The notes beneath the pieces are model-generated. The model was not told the DNA's origin. It did no database searches and saw nothing but the letters and a program-made list of their open reading frames with translations. The translations under genes were made by a program, and so were the position numbers. A DNA stretch of 61,969 nt, counting the filler, from Rhabdomonas costata (lineage: Eukaryota): NCBI GenBank assembly GCA_019059605.1. It is 29 parts of 29 records of this genome, joined end to end, with 100 filler letters (N's around TTAATTAATTAA, not from the genome) between each part and the next. Parts side by side here need not be neighbours in the genome. Positions count along the whole stretch, not along the records: positions 51,378 to 53,416 come from JAHMHO010006174.1; positions 53,517 to 55,555 come from JAHMHO010006175.1; positions 55,656 to 57,690 come from JAHMHO010006176.1; positions 57,791 to 59,830 come from JAHMHO010006177.1; positions 59,931 to 61,969 come from JAHMHO010006178.1; 24 more parts are not named here. One strand, given 5' to 3'. Within the stretch, counting starts at the first letter, position 1, and each line of letters opens with the position of its first letter. Shown here in pieces: positions 51,639-61,969 of the stretch.

Positions 51639-52344
51639 CTGGTTGACCCCCAGCTTCCAGCTCTTCATCAGATCACTGTTGTGCCGCCAGATCTCCTGCA
51701 AGCGGGTGGCAATCAGCGCCCGGCGAGAGCGCTCCTCCGCAGCGCTGAAAAGGCGATGGGAAAAGCACAAAGAGGGAAACGCGATAATGAACATGGAGAA
51801 GGATTCAACTTCCACGGGGAAGCACCCACCAGTAACATTTGCGCGGCAAGGAATTTCGCCGGGTAAGAGGGCGGGTAACCCAATCTCTCAGACCTATGGG
51901 TGACCTGTGTTGTACAGTTCTTGCGTGTGGGTCGGGGACAGAAGCCAATACGCCACATGACGCTTTACACAATAGCTGTCGTGTGCAAGTTTTTGTGCTT
52001 TTGCCCTTTTGCTCGCGATTCGTATGCGCGTTTGTGGTGCTGGGACGAAACAGCAACCCCCACCGCAACCCAACAAATATCCAACGAACAATCACGAGGG
52101 CTTTTGCGCATCGGTGCGGCGGTGAAGCGATCCACAGCAGAAACACTGAGCCCACAGACGGTAGTGATATTATATCACACCTGTAGCGACGGCCGAAGTC
52201 GCGGATATAGTCGTCAGGGGTGTAGTCCAGCAGGCTCTCCGATGGAGTGGGCATCCCAGCGAGGGCCACTCCGACCAACAAAGCCAAAACCACCACCGCC
52301 GCTTCCCGTGACCGATGGGGCAAGCCCCAAAGCGAGGGCGCCAT
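51639..52344 (-). CDS. Papain-family (C1A) cysteine protease: signal peptide + I29 propeptide (2 exons)
   Basis: Exon 52344-52181 has the signal peptide and YIRDFGRRY; exon 51744-51639 encodes SAAEERSRRALIATRLQEIWRHN..SWKLGVNQ (ERFNIN-like and GxN motifs). Confidence 0.88.
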
Positions 52345-53516
52345 TCGCTTGTGGTGGGGCGCGTGTCCCAAAGAAAAAGGGCTAAAATAACCGGAAATAA
52401 TAATAACCGGAAAAGGACATCTCGAGATTCCAAATGAAAGCAGTCGCCCCCATGCCTCCTTTCTCCAAATTGGGCATGTTGAAGATGAACCTCATTCCAA
52501 AGACACTCGAAATGGCTCCGGGTTCCCGTCTTCTGACCCCATCCTTGGTTCGAACAACAGAATAACAACTGCAGCAAAGACCGCCGGCAACAGCGCCTTA
52601 ATAGGAGATTCTCAAAACACCGCCCACTCCATCTAATCCAAAAGTTTCATCTCATTCCGCGAAGCAGTCATCCAAAAATCCAAAAATTTCAAAAATATTT
52701 GGAAAAACATCCCGATCGCCCCCACCCACTCGTTGGAACATGAATTGTTGCTCAATCTCTCCACCGCGCCTTCCTCACCTTCGCACCGCTTTCTAGTTGG
52801 TGAGATCCACAACTTTTTCCAGACAGTGCACATTCCCACCACTTTACTCCGCAACCGTGCGTCCCGTGCAAACCACGATTCGTGGTTTCCTTCCCAGGAT
52901 GTGCTCATTTATGTGAATCTGCATACCCCCACCCCCGGGCTTCCCTTTGTTCTGTTTGACGCAGTTTCCTTTGCTGTCAGTCTTTTGTCTTATTATCGCT
53001 GGCCCGCCATTGCGCTGTCAAAGTGCCACTGCTAATCCCAATACAAGCTGTCCGAGTAAGCAACAAAGACACCACCCAACAGCAATGCACAGTGAGAGTA
53101 TCCGTAATTATGAATTGGAAAAGAATAAAGCGACATTCCAACGGAAGAAGGTCGCTTGCTATTAAGACTCCATGAACCAATTGAACCGAGCTGGGCATAA
53201 GGTGCTCAACAGACTCCGCAAAATATATAAATTCAACACACACGCAGACAAACGCACATAAATCAACACAAAACGACGTCACTCCAGCTCTCGAAAACGC
53301 TTCACTGCAGAAAAGCCCATCGAACAACAGATTTCGCGGTACTGATAAAATACCTATGGTGATAAATGAAAAGCAATCCCGAGAAAAACAGATGCACCTT
53401 CGAAGACCAAAACAGGNNNNNNNNNNNNNNNNNNNNNNNNNNNNNNNNNNNNNNNNNNNNTTAATTAATTAANNNNNNNNNNNNNNNNNNNNNNNNNNNN
53501 NNNNNNNNNNNNNNNN

Positions 53517-53953
53517 GGTTGGGGTTCGCCGTTGGCCCCTGGTCCCAGAAAGTTTCCTTTGAAGTTCCAGAACAGCCGTTGTACCAGAATGTCCGTTTGG
53601 GTCTGGAAGTGCTGGTCTTGGTGCGGGGGTCCGCCGGTAAGTGCCCAGATCCATTACCACCAAGTAGCCGGCGGCCCCGCAATCGAAACCGAAGAACGCG
53701 GAGGTGCGGTGATTTCAGAGGCTGGGTGCGTTCATCAGGGCTTGTTGGGACGGCCAACGGCGTAACCAACAGTTCCGCGAGCGCCCCCTGGAAGCGGGTC
53801 CCCAAGCCGGCCGGACAGGGTAGGCCGCGCCATGGACAAAAGAAGTCGAACGACGCGCGCAGAGGCAGCCGGCACGCGCGGAGGGCAGCTATTGTGAAGC
53901 AGGAGCTCGACGACACCCTGGAACGCACACAGTCTGACATGATGTTTGTTTAG
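53517..53953 (+). CDS. C-terminal fragment of a hypothetical protein, convergent with grpE
   Basis: Open frame from contig start to TAG; begins VGPWS (FN3-end-like) and has a basic tail. Confidence 0.45.
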
Positions 53954-54501
53954 ATCGTTCCCCTTTTTTGAGGGGGGGGGGGTCCAGGTCCCTTTTCGGC
54001 AACTGCCAGTTGGCATAAATTTCAGCAGCGGCTGTTTGATTCGCAAGCCTTGGTTCGATATCCCCTGTTGCCGATATCCCCTCCATCCGGCTGACACTTG
54101 CGACCCTCCTCAGACTCAGAGCGGCTCACACCACAGCTGCAGGGAGGTCACCGGGTGACACCTTGCTAACTTGCTGACCTCACACCAGTGGCACGTCCTG
54201 CAGTTCAAATATTATCATTCGACATCTGGAGGCGAATCCCCACATTTCAGAGCACTTGAACCCCCAGCTTGATGCCCGTAAGTTTCCCAATGTCCGGAAG
54301 GTACGGCACAATTACCGAATACGAAGGGGCGGGAAAGGAGATGTGCCAAACACAAAACACAGCAACGACAAGAATAAACCCCAACGCAAACGGGGGGACG
54401 GGGGATCATGGTGTGTGAGTGGGGATGCTACTGAAGGTTGGGGTGCCCTGGTGGGGGCACAACAGTCCCCCGCAATGAGGAGGACCCTACACGCAGGCGG
54501 G

Positions 54502-55264
54502 CTATGAGTCGGGCTCCGCGGTGACCCCCACGTTGGCCGGCCGAAGGACGCGGTTCTTCAGCATGTACCCTGTGGTGGGTGCGGTGGGAGCCAAATTGGC
54601 AACTTTCACCGCGTACAGTTGACTCTGTCTTACGCTGGGAATGAAAATAAGTCGCCGAAACGTCAGCAACGGCCAGGAAATGCGCAGGGCAGTGGCAGAG
54701 ATAACAGGTGTGCAGTTCAGATGCCTCTGTAGATGCAAGATGTAATACAAGCAAAAGACTCGGAAGAAACTGCATCTACGAAGACTGGGGACAAGGGGGC
54801 GAAGCACATGCCTGATTCCAGAAGGCTCGACACAATATAAGAGGGATTGTGGCAAAACTGCCACGGCAGACACTTCTTGACAACCACCGCAAACTTTGAA
54901 ATTCAAAAAGAACCGATAAAAATGACGGCGGGTAAAAGGCCTGTCGCATGCTTCCTTATTTCAACCGCCATAATCCCCCACCACCCGTTTCAGCAGAGCA
55001 AATTTCCAAGCGGCAAAAAGAGTGCCAGTGGACGACCCTCCCGTTAAAAATTAGCTGGTATTGCTTTGATAAAAAACAAAAAAGCCCGTTCCCGAGAAAT
55101 GGAAGGGGTGGTGGTAGAGGTTTGCCGTTTTTGATGACGTTGAAGATGACCCCGGGGGGCAGGTTGGGCATCTGCTGCTGGAACACCGCCATGTGGTAGT
55201 TCGGGTCGAACTCCGTCTCGTTCAGCTTGATCTCCATCTGGGTAATCCCGTGCTTCTCCATCAC
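54502..55264 (-). CDS. grpE: GrpE nucleotide-exchange factor (organellar Mge1 type), last 2 exons
   Basis: Exon 55264-55126 VMEKHGI..FDPNYHMAVFQ..PGVIFNVIKNG; exon 54569-54502 GYMLKNRVLRPANVGV*. Confidence 0.95.
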
Positions 55265-55764
55265 CTGCCACCCACCACTCCCAGCACTTCAAACTCCAGT
55301 ATTACTGCGCAGTGCATGTGCGCCTTGCCTCTGCGGGTCGCAGCGTAGGCGTTCTTCATCCAGAATCCAGATTTTGCCTAATGACGTCTGTTACCGAGTG
55401 TTCCTTTAATTGGCATTATATTCCACTCCCGTTTTCCGTTTGCAGGGGAGCCGTAAAGGCCCGATAAACACAGGACAGGGAAAGGTTTTGCTGCCGGTTG
55501 CCATTTGGCTGGTCAGTGATCAGCATTCAGTATGCCCCCTTTCCACCCACCAACANNNNNNNNNNNNNNNNNNNNNNNNNNNNNNNNNNNNNNNNNNNNT
55601 TAATTAATTAANNNNNNNNNNNNNNNNNNNNNNNNNNNNNNNNNNNNNNNNNNNNGTGTTGTTTGAATCTGTGAGATGCGCTTTTTCACACAGCGCTTAA
55701 TTTCAGCGCACGCCTCGCCCCCCCCCCAAGTTGCTTTTCGATCTTCCATTGGTTTCCGCTGAAG

Positions 55765-56798
55765 GTTCTCCGCAAGCCAAGGACGCTCGGAAGGCCTCCC
55801 GCGCCACGATCTCCACCCGAAAGAGCTCCGTGATGCCGCCGGCTCGGAAGAACTCCGGGGCTGCGGTGACTCGACAGGTCGGGGCCCTGACCCACCGCGC
55901 CGTCTCTGTGCTACAGATGGACATCGGGGGCTTCCACATGCTGGTCGTTGATGAGGTCGCGCTGGTCTCCACCCACTCCGCGGTGATCCAGGCCACCAGT
56001 CAGGTTGTGCTGGGCCATGCACTGAAATTTTCCCCGGGGTGCTATGTATGGACAGAAATAGTCGTGGTTATTAAAAAGAAATAGGGGTCAGAAGAAATGA
56101 AGGGTGTGATGCAGAAGTAGGCACAGTACTTTTGGTGTGGTCTTGTGGTTTTCTTTTTCTGAATCGGCCCATATCCAATGGCAATGTTTTGCTTTCTTTC
56201 GGCTTTGGGGAGCATGCTTTTTGCATCTTGGTGGTTTATGCTGGTGTTTTGTTTGATCGTGTGATTGTGGTGGGCAATAAGCGGCGGAGAGCCATTTGCC
56301 TGGGCGCCCCTTTCGCGGGGATTGAGGCAGGTGGTTTTTTGTTCATACATTGTGCGCGCCATCGGTAAATCCTCCGCTGCGCGGGGTATGGAAACACGAT
56401 AGCACAGAAAACAGGGAGAGCCGCCAATGGGGATGGGTGGGCACCGTCCTGAGGGTGCAAGTACCGGCCACGGTGTTTTGGGAGGCCCACTGTGCATAGA
56501 AAAGACCACGTGCTTTGATTTGCCCTCCCCTGGGTTATGATAAATTTTTATGATTGGTTTTTTGGCAATGTTTATTCTATGGTATATCCGCTTCCCTGGT
56601 TTCTGTTTTGGGTTGGGCTTAGGCGATACAGTCCACTGGGGGGCTCTCGGCGCCCTTCGCTGGAGACAAGGTGCTGGCCTTCTGGAATGTCCGCAGCGCC
56701 CGCTCCGACCATGCCTCGCGGTGTGTGGCCGCGGCGCAGGAGCTCTCGCAGGCCACGAAGAAGCTAGGGCTGAACGTCCGCCTGGCCTGCACCGGAGG
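55765..56798 (+). CDS. Class III nucleotide (adenylate/guanylate) cyclase domain fragment (2 exons)
   Basis: Exon 55765-56003 VSVLQMDIGGFH; exon 56623-56798 GG..PFAGDKVLAFWN..DHASRCVAAA..LNVRL. Confidence 0.88.
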
Positions 56799-59338
56799 GT
56801 ACTCGCAACTCTCCCCACCCGCCCCGTCTCTCCACGAATCTCACGTCTCTCCAGCCATCAATGTGTCACCTCTGTGCTTCAGCCGGTCCTCTGTCATTCC
56901 CGCTTTCTCCGTCCTCTTCCCCATTCTCCCAAAACTTTTCCCCTTCCCCATTCCATCTCCCGCCTCCTGCTTGTTTTTTGTGAAGCAGCTGTGTGCCGGT
57001 TATCAGATTGAAACATGGGGTTGTGGCAACCGACCACAACTGAGTCACAACTGAGTCGTGAGCACGAGTGCTGGAGTTGCCCCCCTCTGATGCTTGGGAC
57101 CTGGGCTGACCTGGGAGGGGGAGGGGAGCCCGTTTCGTTGAGCAGGCGCTGGCTTGCGAAAGTTCGTTGCCGCAAAACAGCACGCACAGCTCAGGTTAGT
57201 CCACTCGAAAGGTCTGTCGGGCAGCAGGGTGGGGTTTTCTTTCTTGGGCCGCAAGCTGTTAGGACGACAGCAGAGTTGAGACGTTGGGTGTGGGGAATAT
57301 GGGAATATGTTGAGTAGTGAGTAGTGCAATGTAGTTATTTCACTTTTTTTTACATCTATGGATTCGCTTATTGAATCCAGTGGGAGGTTTCAGGTTAGCG
57401 GCATGCCACCAGGGTTTTCTATTCAGCCCAATTTTTTGGGGTGATTAGGGTGATATAAATCCCCTGTCCAACGATGTACACCGCCTTCTCCTGAACACCA
57501 GTTATGGTGCATTTGTTTCGGGATGAAAACGAAATGGTGAATTCCTTCCCAGTCCCCCTTTTTTTTTTTGCTGCAGGCCGGCTTCCTTTGGGCCCATGGG
57601 CACGAAGACTCAAAGGGCCTTCACGGTGGTGGGGCCGTGCGTCCCTCGAGGCCTTGTTCTGCAAAAGCTGGCAAAGCTAGTCCCCTTCGGNNNNNNNNNN
57701 NNNNNNNNNNNNNNNNNNNNNNNNNNNNNNNNNNTTAATTAATTAANNNNNNNNNNNNNNNNNNNNNNNNNNNNNNNNNNNNNNNNNNNNGGTTGGTGTG
57801 TTCAGTGCACTTTGACACGGTGCAATCCAGAGATCGGGAACGGAAGGCATGGTGAGTCTCTGTGTGTGTGTTTACATGAGTGTGTGGGAATGGGCCCTAA
57901 TGCTTCAGCTTTTGTTTTCGGCCTCTGTGTGGCCGGTCGGTGGATCGCCACCCGCCCATTTTCTCTGCGGTTGCCCTTGTGGTATGGTTAGTGAGGATGC
58001 GCTGACTGTGCACTTGCTAGTACTCGCATGTTGCGGTGTGTGCTTGTTTGTCGGATTTGGCTTGCTTGGGAAGGATATCAGGTGTTCTTCTCGTATGACC
58101 CTCATACTAAGTTTTACACTTGCCTCGAGTTACACGTTTCGTATGCGGGTGATAGCAGTTTAAAGTCTTTCGCCTTCCACGTTCGACATGACGCGGGTTA
58201 AGGTGCTTTCTCATGGGGTAATTGATGTGTTTGCCTTCGTCAGAAGTAAGAGAAGAAAATCGTGGAACCAAACTGACCAGGGGGGGGGGAGGTTGGCGCA
58301 AACATGACGGGTTTGGAGAGGGTGGGGCGAAAAAATTCGGTGCGCCATGATTTAGGGGCCTGGAGGGGGCGTGTTAGTCGTTTGTGATCTACCACCCGTC
58401 TCCCTTCAGCTTCCGATGTCGCTGCATTTAAGTACCCGCACTGTCCCACTCACCACCTTCATCCCCCGCTCACTACTCGACCCCTTTTGCTCGCGCCACC
58501 CTCCACGAAAACAGAGAGGGGGTCTTCTTCAGTAAAACCACACGACAGAAGCACCGCACAGTCACGCGCAAGGAGGTTTGCAGGCTCGGTCCACACACAA
58601 GAACTATCGAGGTGGTCACTCCGCTGTACGGCCAACCTCCGTCCTTCCTCTCCACAAACTCACGAACTCCACGAACTCACTTTCCCGCCATCACCGGTGC
58701 CCCGTGAATCATGGCATGCTGAACACCGCCCGCATCTCCAGCACGCTGCCCAACGGGGAGCCCGGCCAAAAGAGTTCCCACCTCAAGACACGGTGCCTGC
58801 AGTGCGTTGGTCACTCTTGCCGCGGCAGGCCCCCATCGCCATCCGCGTATCCGTGTCCGGGTCTGCGTATCGCACCAGCAGTGTGGAGTTACCACATGTA
58901 CCATGTTACCACGTGTAAGCCCGAAAGGCGATCTACGGAGTCGAGAAATGGGCCAAGTATTATTTCTCAACAACAAAAGGGCACGAGAAAGGCAGGAAGC
59001 CAGTTTGTTAATGCTGACGAAGGAATGGACATGTCTGTATTATCAGGATGAGGCCCGGACAATGGCGCTTTTTATAATTGTGCGTAATTTGTAATTTTAG
59101 CTGTTATTAGCATCCCACCACCACTCTTCAGTACAGGCCATCAGACCCGTGGACACCTCATCAAGACAACATAAGACAGTACACCATACAGCTGAACTAA
59201 TTCTTCCCGGGAGAGACATTTTGGCATTTTTGATTTTTATCGTGCCATCTCAATCACCTTTGTTCTCTATGGGGCATACTTTGGTCTCCGCAGTGTATTC
59301 TTCACCATTTTCCCGATCTTGTAGGTTCTTTTTTGAAG

Positions 59339-59830
59339 GCTTCCCCACCTGACTATGGACTTTGAAGCTCTTCCGGCGGAATTGCGCCGCAAGCGCACCG
59401 GTGCCTGTGCCGTTACCTATGGAAGCAAGATTTACATCTTTGGGGGAGTGGAAGGTGATACTTGCCAATCCAGTTGTGAAGTGTTCGACCCCTACACCGG
59501 CAATTTCACGATGCTGGCCAATTCGATGTGCAGCCCGCGCGGACGCGCCTGTGCCATTTCTTACGGAGACCAAATTTTTATCTTTGGAGGGTGCGGCCCA
59601 AGGTGGTTTCTATCCAGTTGCGAGGTTTTTGACCCCAGGACCAGCACATTCACACTTCTCCCCACGGGGATGTGCAAACAGCGCAGTGGTGCCATTGCGG
59701 CGGTCAATCGCGGCAAGATATACATATTTGGGGGTTCCGGTCCCGATGGTCCGGAGGGTAACGGTTATCTCTCCAGCGGTGAAGTATATGACCCCCGCAC
59801 CAACGCGTTTTCCTTGCTTCCGGCGAGGAT
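59339..59830 (+). CDS. Kelch-repeat protein fragment
   Basis: Three repeats of R.GA.A....KIYIFGG.....SSCEVFDP.T..F. Confidence 0.96.
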
Positions 59831-60237
59831 NNNNNNNNNNNNNNNNNNNNNNNNNNNNNNNNNNNNNNNNNNNNTTAATTAATTAANNNNNNNNNNNNNN
59901 NNNNNNNNNNNNNNNNNNNNNNNNNNNNNNTTTGTGTTTTTTGTGAACAATGGAAGAATGCGGAAGAACATTGGGGTTGGTACCCCCCCCGTCCTCCCGC
60001 TGGACACTTTCGCGCCATGGTGATATTCGCGCTGTGAGTAGGTGAGTAACGTTCACTGTCCGTGAATGCCGAGCGCTACGCAGGGTTGAACAGCGGTATC
60101 CGCGAAGATCTCCCTTTGGTCCGCAGTGGAAGCTCACCTCACAAATCCGCTGTTGACTTCCCACCGAAGTTTTGTTTTCTCCCTCCTTCCCAACTATTTT
60201 ATCGACGCCACCTTGTTCTTCTTTTCCTTGTTTTCAG

Positions 60238-61682
60238 GTGGTCTGCGCCTATGTGCAGACCGTGGAGTGTGCCCGCACCCAGGGCACTCCGTCCTATCAG
60301 TGCCCCGAGATCGCCTCCGGGCAGGTCCCTTCCCTTCTTTTGCTAGGAGGATAGAAACCCCTTATCTGGCTTCTTTTCCACTGGTGCTGCTGTTCCACCC
60401 TCACCTGATCCCCCAAACCCCGCTAGTCTCCCGCTGCCTAGCCCATTCCCCTTTTTCGATTACCGTGCCTTCAACGGAAACAGGCTGCCGTCGTTCCGTG
60501 TTTTGCTCTGGGCGCGGCTGTGTGCGTCGAAAAGAGGCGATGATGACCACCAAATGGCCACCAAAACACTGCTAAAAGCGGTTAGGAAGCGGGAGAAACC
60601 CGATGGTGGGACAGAGCAACTTCCATAACAGCAACCCTGTGCGTGGACCGGGGTTTCTTCCTCTTTTTCCGGTGGATTATCTGCACTTGCTTTTGTGAGC
60701 TTCTCGCCAACTATCCCAAGTGGTCCCAAGTCGTTCCACCTGCAAGCCCATGGCCGGTGATGGCTTGATTTCACCCCCTCAAATGCACAGGGAGCCTTTG
60801 ACGGGTTCAAGGCCGACGTGTGGGCTGCCGGGGTCACTTTGTACCAGTGTCTGACAGGGAGGTTGCCCTTTACTGCAAAGGTGACCCTGCAATTTCCCAC
60901 GCGCGCACGTCACCCATGCTGTCCTCTGTGTTCCTCGGGTTTCCCTTTTTTCCTATCACAACTGACTGCAGATGGTTTGGCTTGTCCAGCAGTGGTGGTG
61001 GGGGCGTTAAACGTTTATCGGTGTTAAACGTTTCTGTTACTGTTCTACTGCCCCCTCGAAATCGATTTTTAAATTTAAAATGTTTCGACCGTTTAACGGT
61101 ATTAAACGTCGTACGCCCCCCCCTCCCCCGAAAAAAAAAATAGAACAGCCCCTACAAACGCCATTGTTCGTTTTGTTCGTTGTCATGCAGGTATCGTTCG
61201 TCTCGTCTGCCCAGAGCAAATGCCCATCTCTCATCCCCAGCGATGAATCCATGGATTGATGCTTTCACAGACCTAAGTCGGGCGTTGTCCGGAGTTTGAA
61301 CGTTACGAGTTGTGGTTGCGGCCGGGGCGTTTTCCAGTTTCCGTGGGTTGGATTTTTGAAAATGTGCTGCCCATACCTGCGTAGGGTAACCAGCCGAGGA
61401 GAAAAGGTCAGAAGAATCTGAACTGAACGACCGGCCACGCAGCGGTTTAGGAGACCTGAACCACCGGCCGATTGACGGTGTGTCCGCTGGCCTATTCCTA
61501 CACCATGTTCTGCAGACCTTGCTGATGTTGTACGAGAATATCTGCAAGGAGGAGTACAGCCTGGAGGACGTGCCGCCGGGTGCGGTGACGCTACTGCAGG
61601 GGATGCTTCACAAGCGGGAGGCCGACCGGTGGTCCGTGGAGACCGCCCTGCGCTATCCGTGCTGGGTGCGTTTCGTGGATGC
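60238..61682 (+). CDS. LKB1/STK11-like Ser/Thr kinase, C-lobe (3 exons)
   Basis: Exons 60238-60324 (TQGTPSYQCPEIASG), 60791-60880 (FDGFKADVWAAGVTLY..TGRLPF) and 61516-~61682 (LYENI..LLQGML..RWS). Confidence 0.88.
61000..61120. repeat. Intronic MITE-like element
   Basis: GGGGGCGT / ACGCCCCC termini; three internal TTAAACG copies plus one inverted copy; AT-rich core. Confidence 0.5.
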
Positions 61683-61969
61683 GTAAGTGCGTCTGTGCGT
61701 GGGTGGAGCGCCAAGCGAGAGTGACCCGCGGGGGAATGGGGAAGCGGACGAAACAATTTATTCCCCAAGTGTTCGAATTGTTGCATTCTTAAATTCTTTA
61801 GAAGACGAAAAACGGACAAAGAGACCGTCTTCGGACGGGTTTCCTCTCCTTCTCATAAGCTGGCTGGAGGCCCGTACTTTTCGGCTCGTTCCCACTGATA
61901 AAGCCCAGTGCCATTGGGCTCGAGGTTGGAACCGTCACGCCACAGTGACAGTGTTGAGCCACCCCCCAC

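Noticed and set aside
2044..59930. Regularly spaced TTAATTAATTAA at ~2.14-kb period as a repeat array or nanochromosome/minicircle boundary
   Set aside because: Always embedded in 44+44 N and encodes six-frame stops. It is an assembly linker, and the periodicity comes from size-sorting of contigs.
682..61682. Euglenid non-conventional (non GT/GC-AG) introns in conserved genes
   Set aside because: Every junction I could reconstruct from protein conservation fits GT-AG or GC-AG.
1..61969. Gene cluster or operon-like system (kinases, methyltransferases, fucosyltransferases, proteases together)
   Set aside because: The genes are on separate contigs that are adjacent only by length order.

Overview
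This window is not a contiguous locus. It consists of 29 unrelated short contigs of about 2,035-2,043 bp in roughly descending size order, joined by 28 artificial 100-nt spacers (44 N + TTAATTAATTAA + 44 N), so gene neighbourhood across spacers is meaningless. The DNA is nuclear and comes from an intron-rich eukaryote, with GC-rich exons and GT-AG introns. A flagellated euglenozoan (euglenid-like) source is inferred from an axonemal dynein, candidate trans-splice acceptors just upstream of start codons, and a FAM20-like type II membrane protein. Most contigs begin with G/T-only and end with A/C-only strings, the footprint expected from K-primer whole-genome amplification. Exon-by-exon reconstruction gives fragments of a CaMKK-like kinase, axonemal dynein heavy chain, VWA protein, two methyltransferases, YchF/OLA1, Sec14, RRM, TPR co-chaperone, two fucosyltransferases, DEAH helicase, papain-family protease, GrpE, a class III cyclase, a kelch protein and an LKB1-like kinase, plus a decayed Ty3/Gypsy element. 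I see no complete novel multi-gene system. The best leads are: a minimal USP-type deubiquitinase next to a decayed Cys/His-rich gene; a composite tRNA-like/hairpin/palindrome element; GC-AG introns; an intron bounded by a 9-nt direct repeat; a symmetric phase-1 sushi-like exon; and several MITE-like or hairpin elements. All family calls are from motif recognition by eye, with no database searches.
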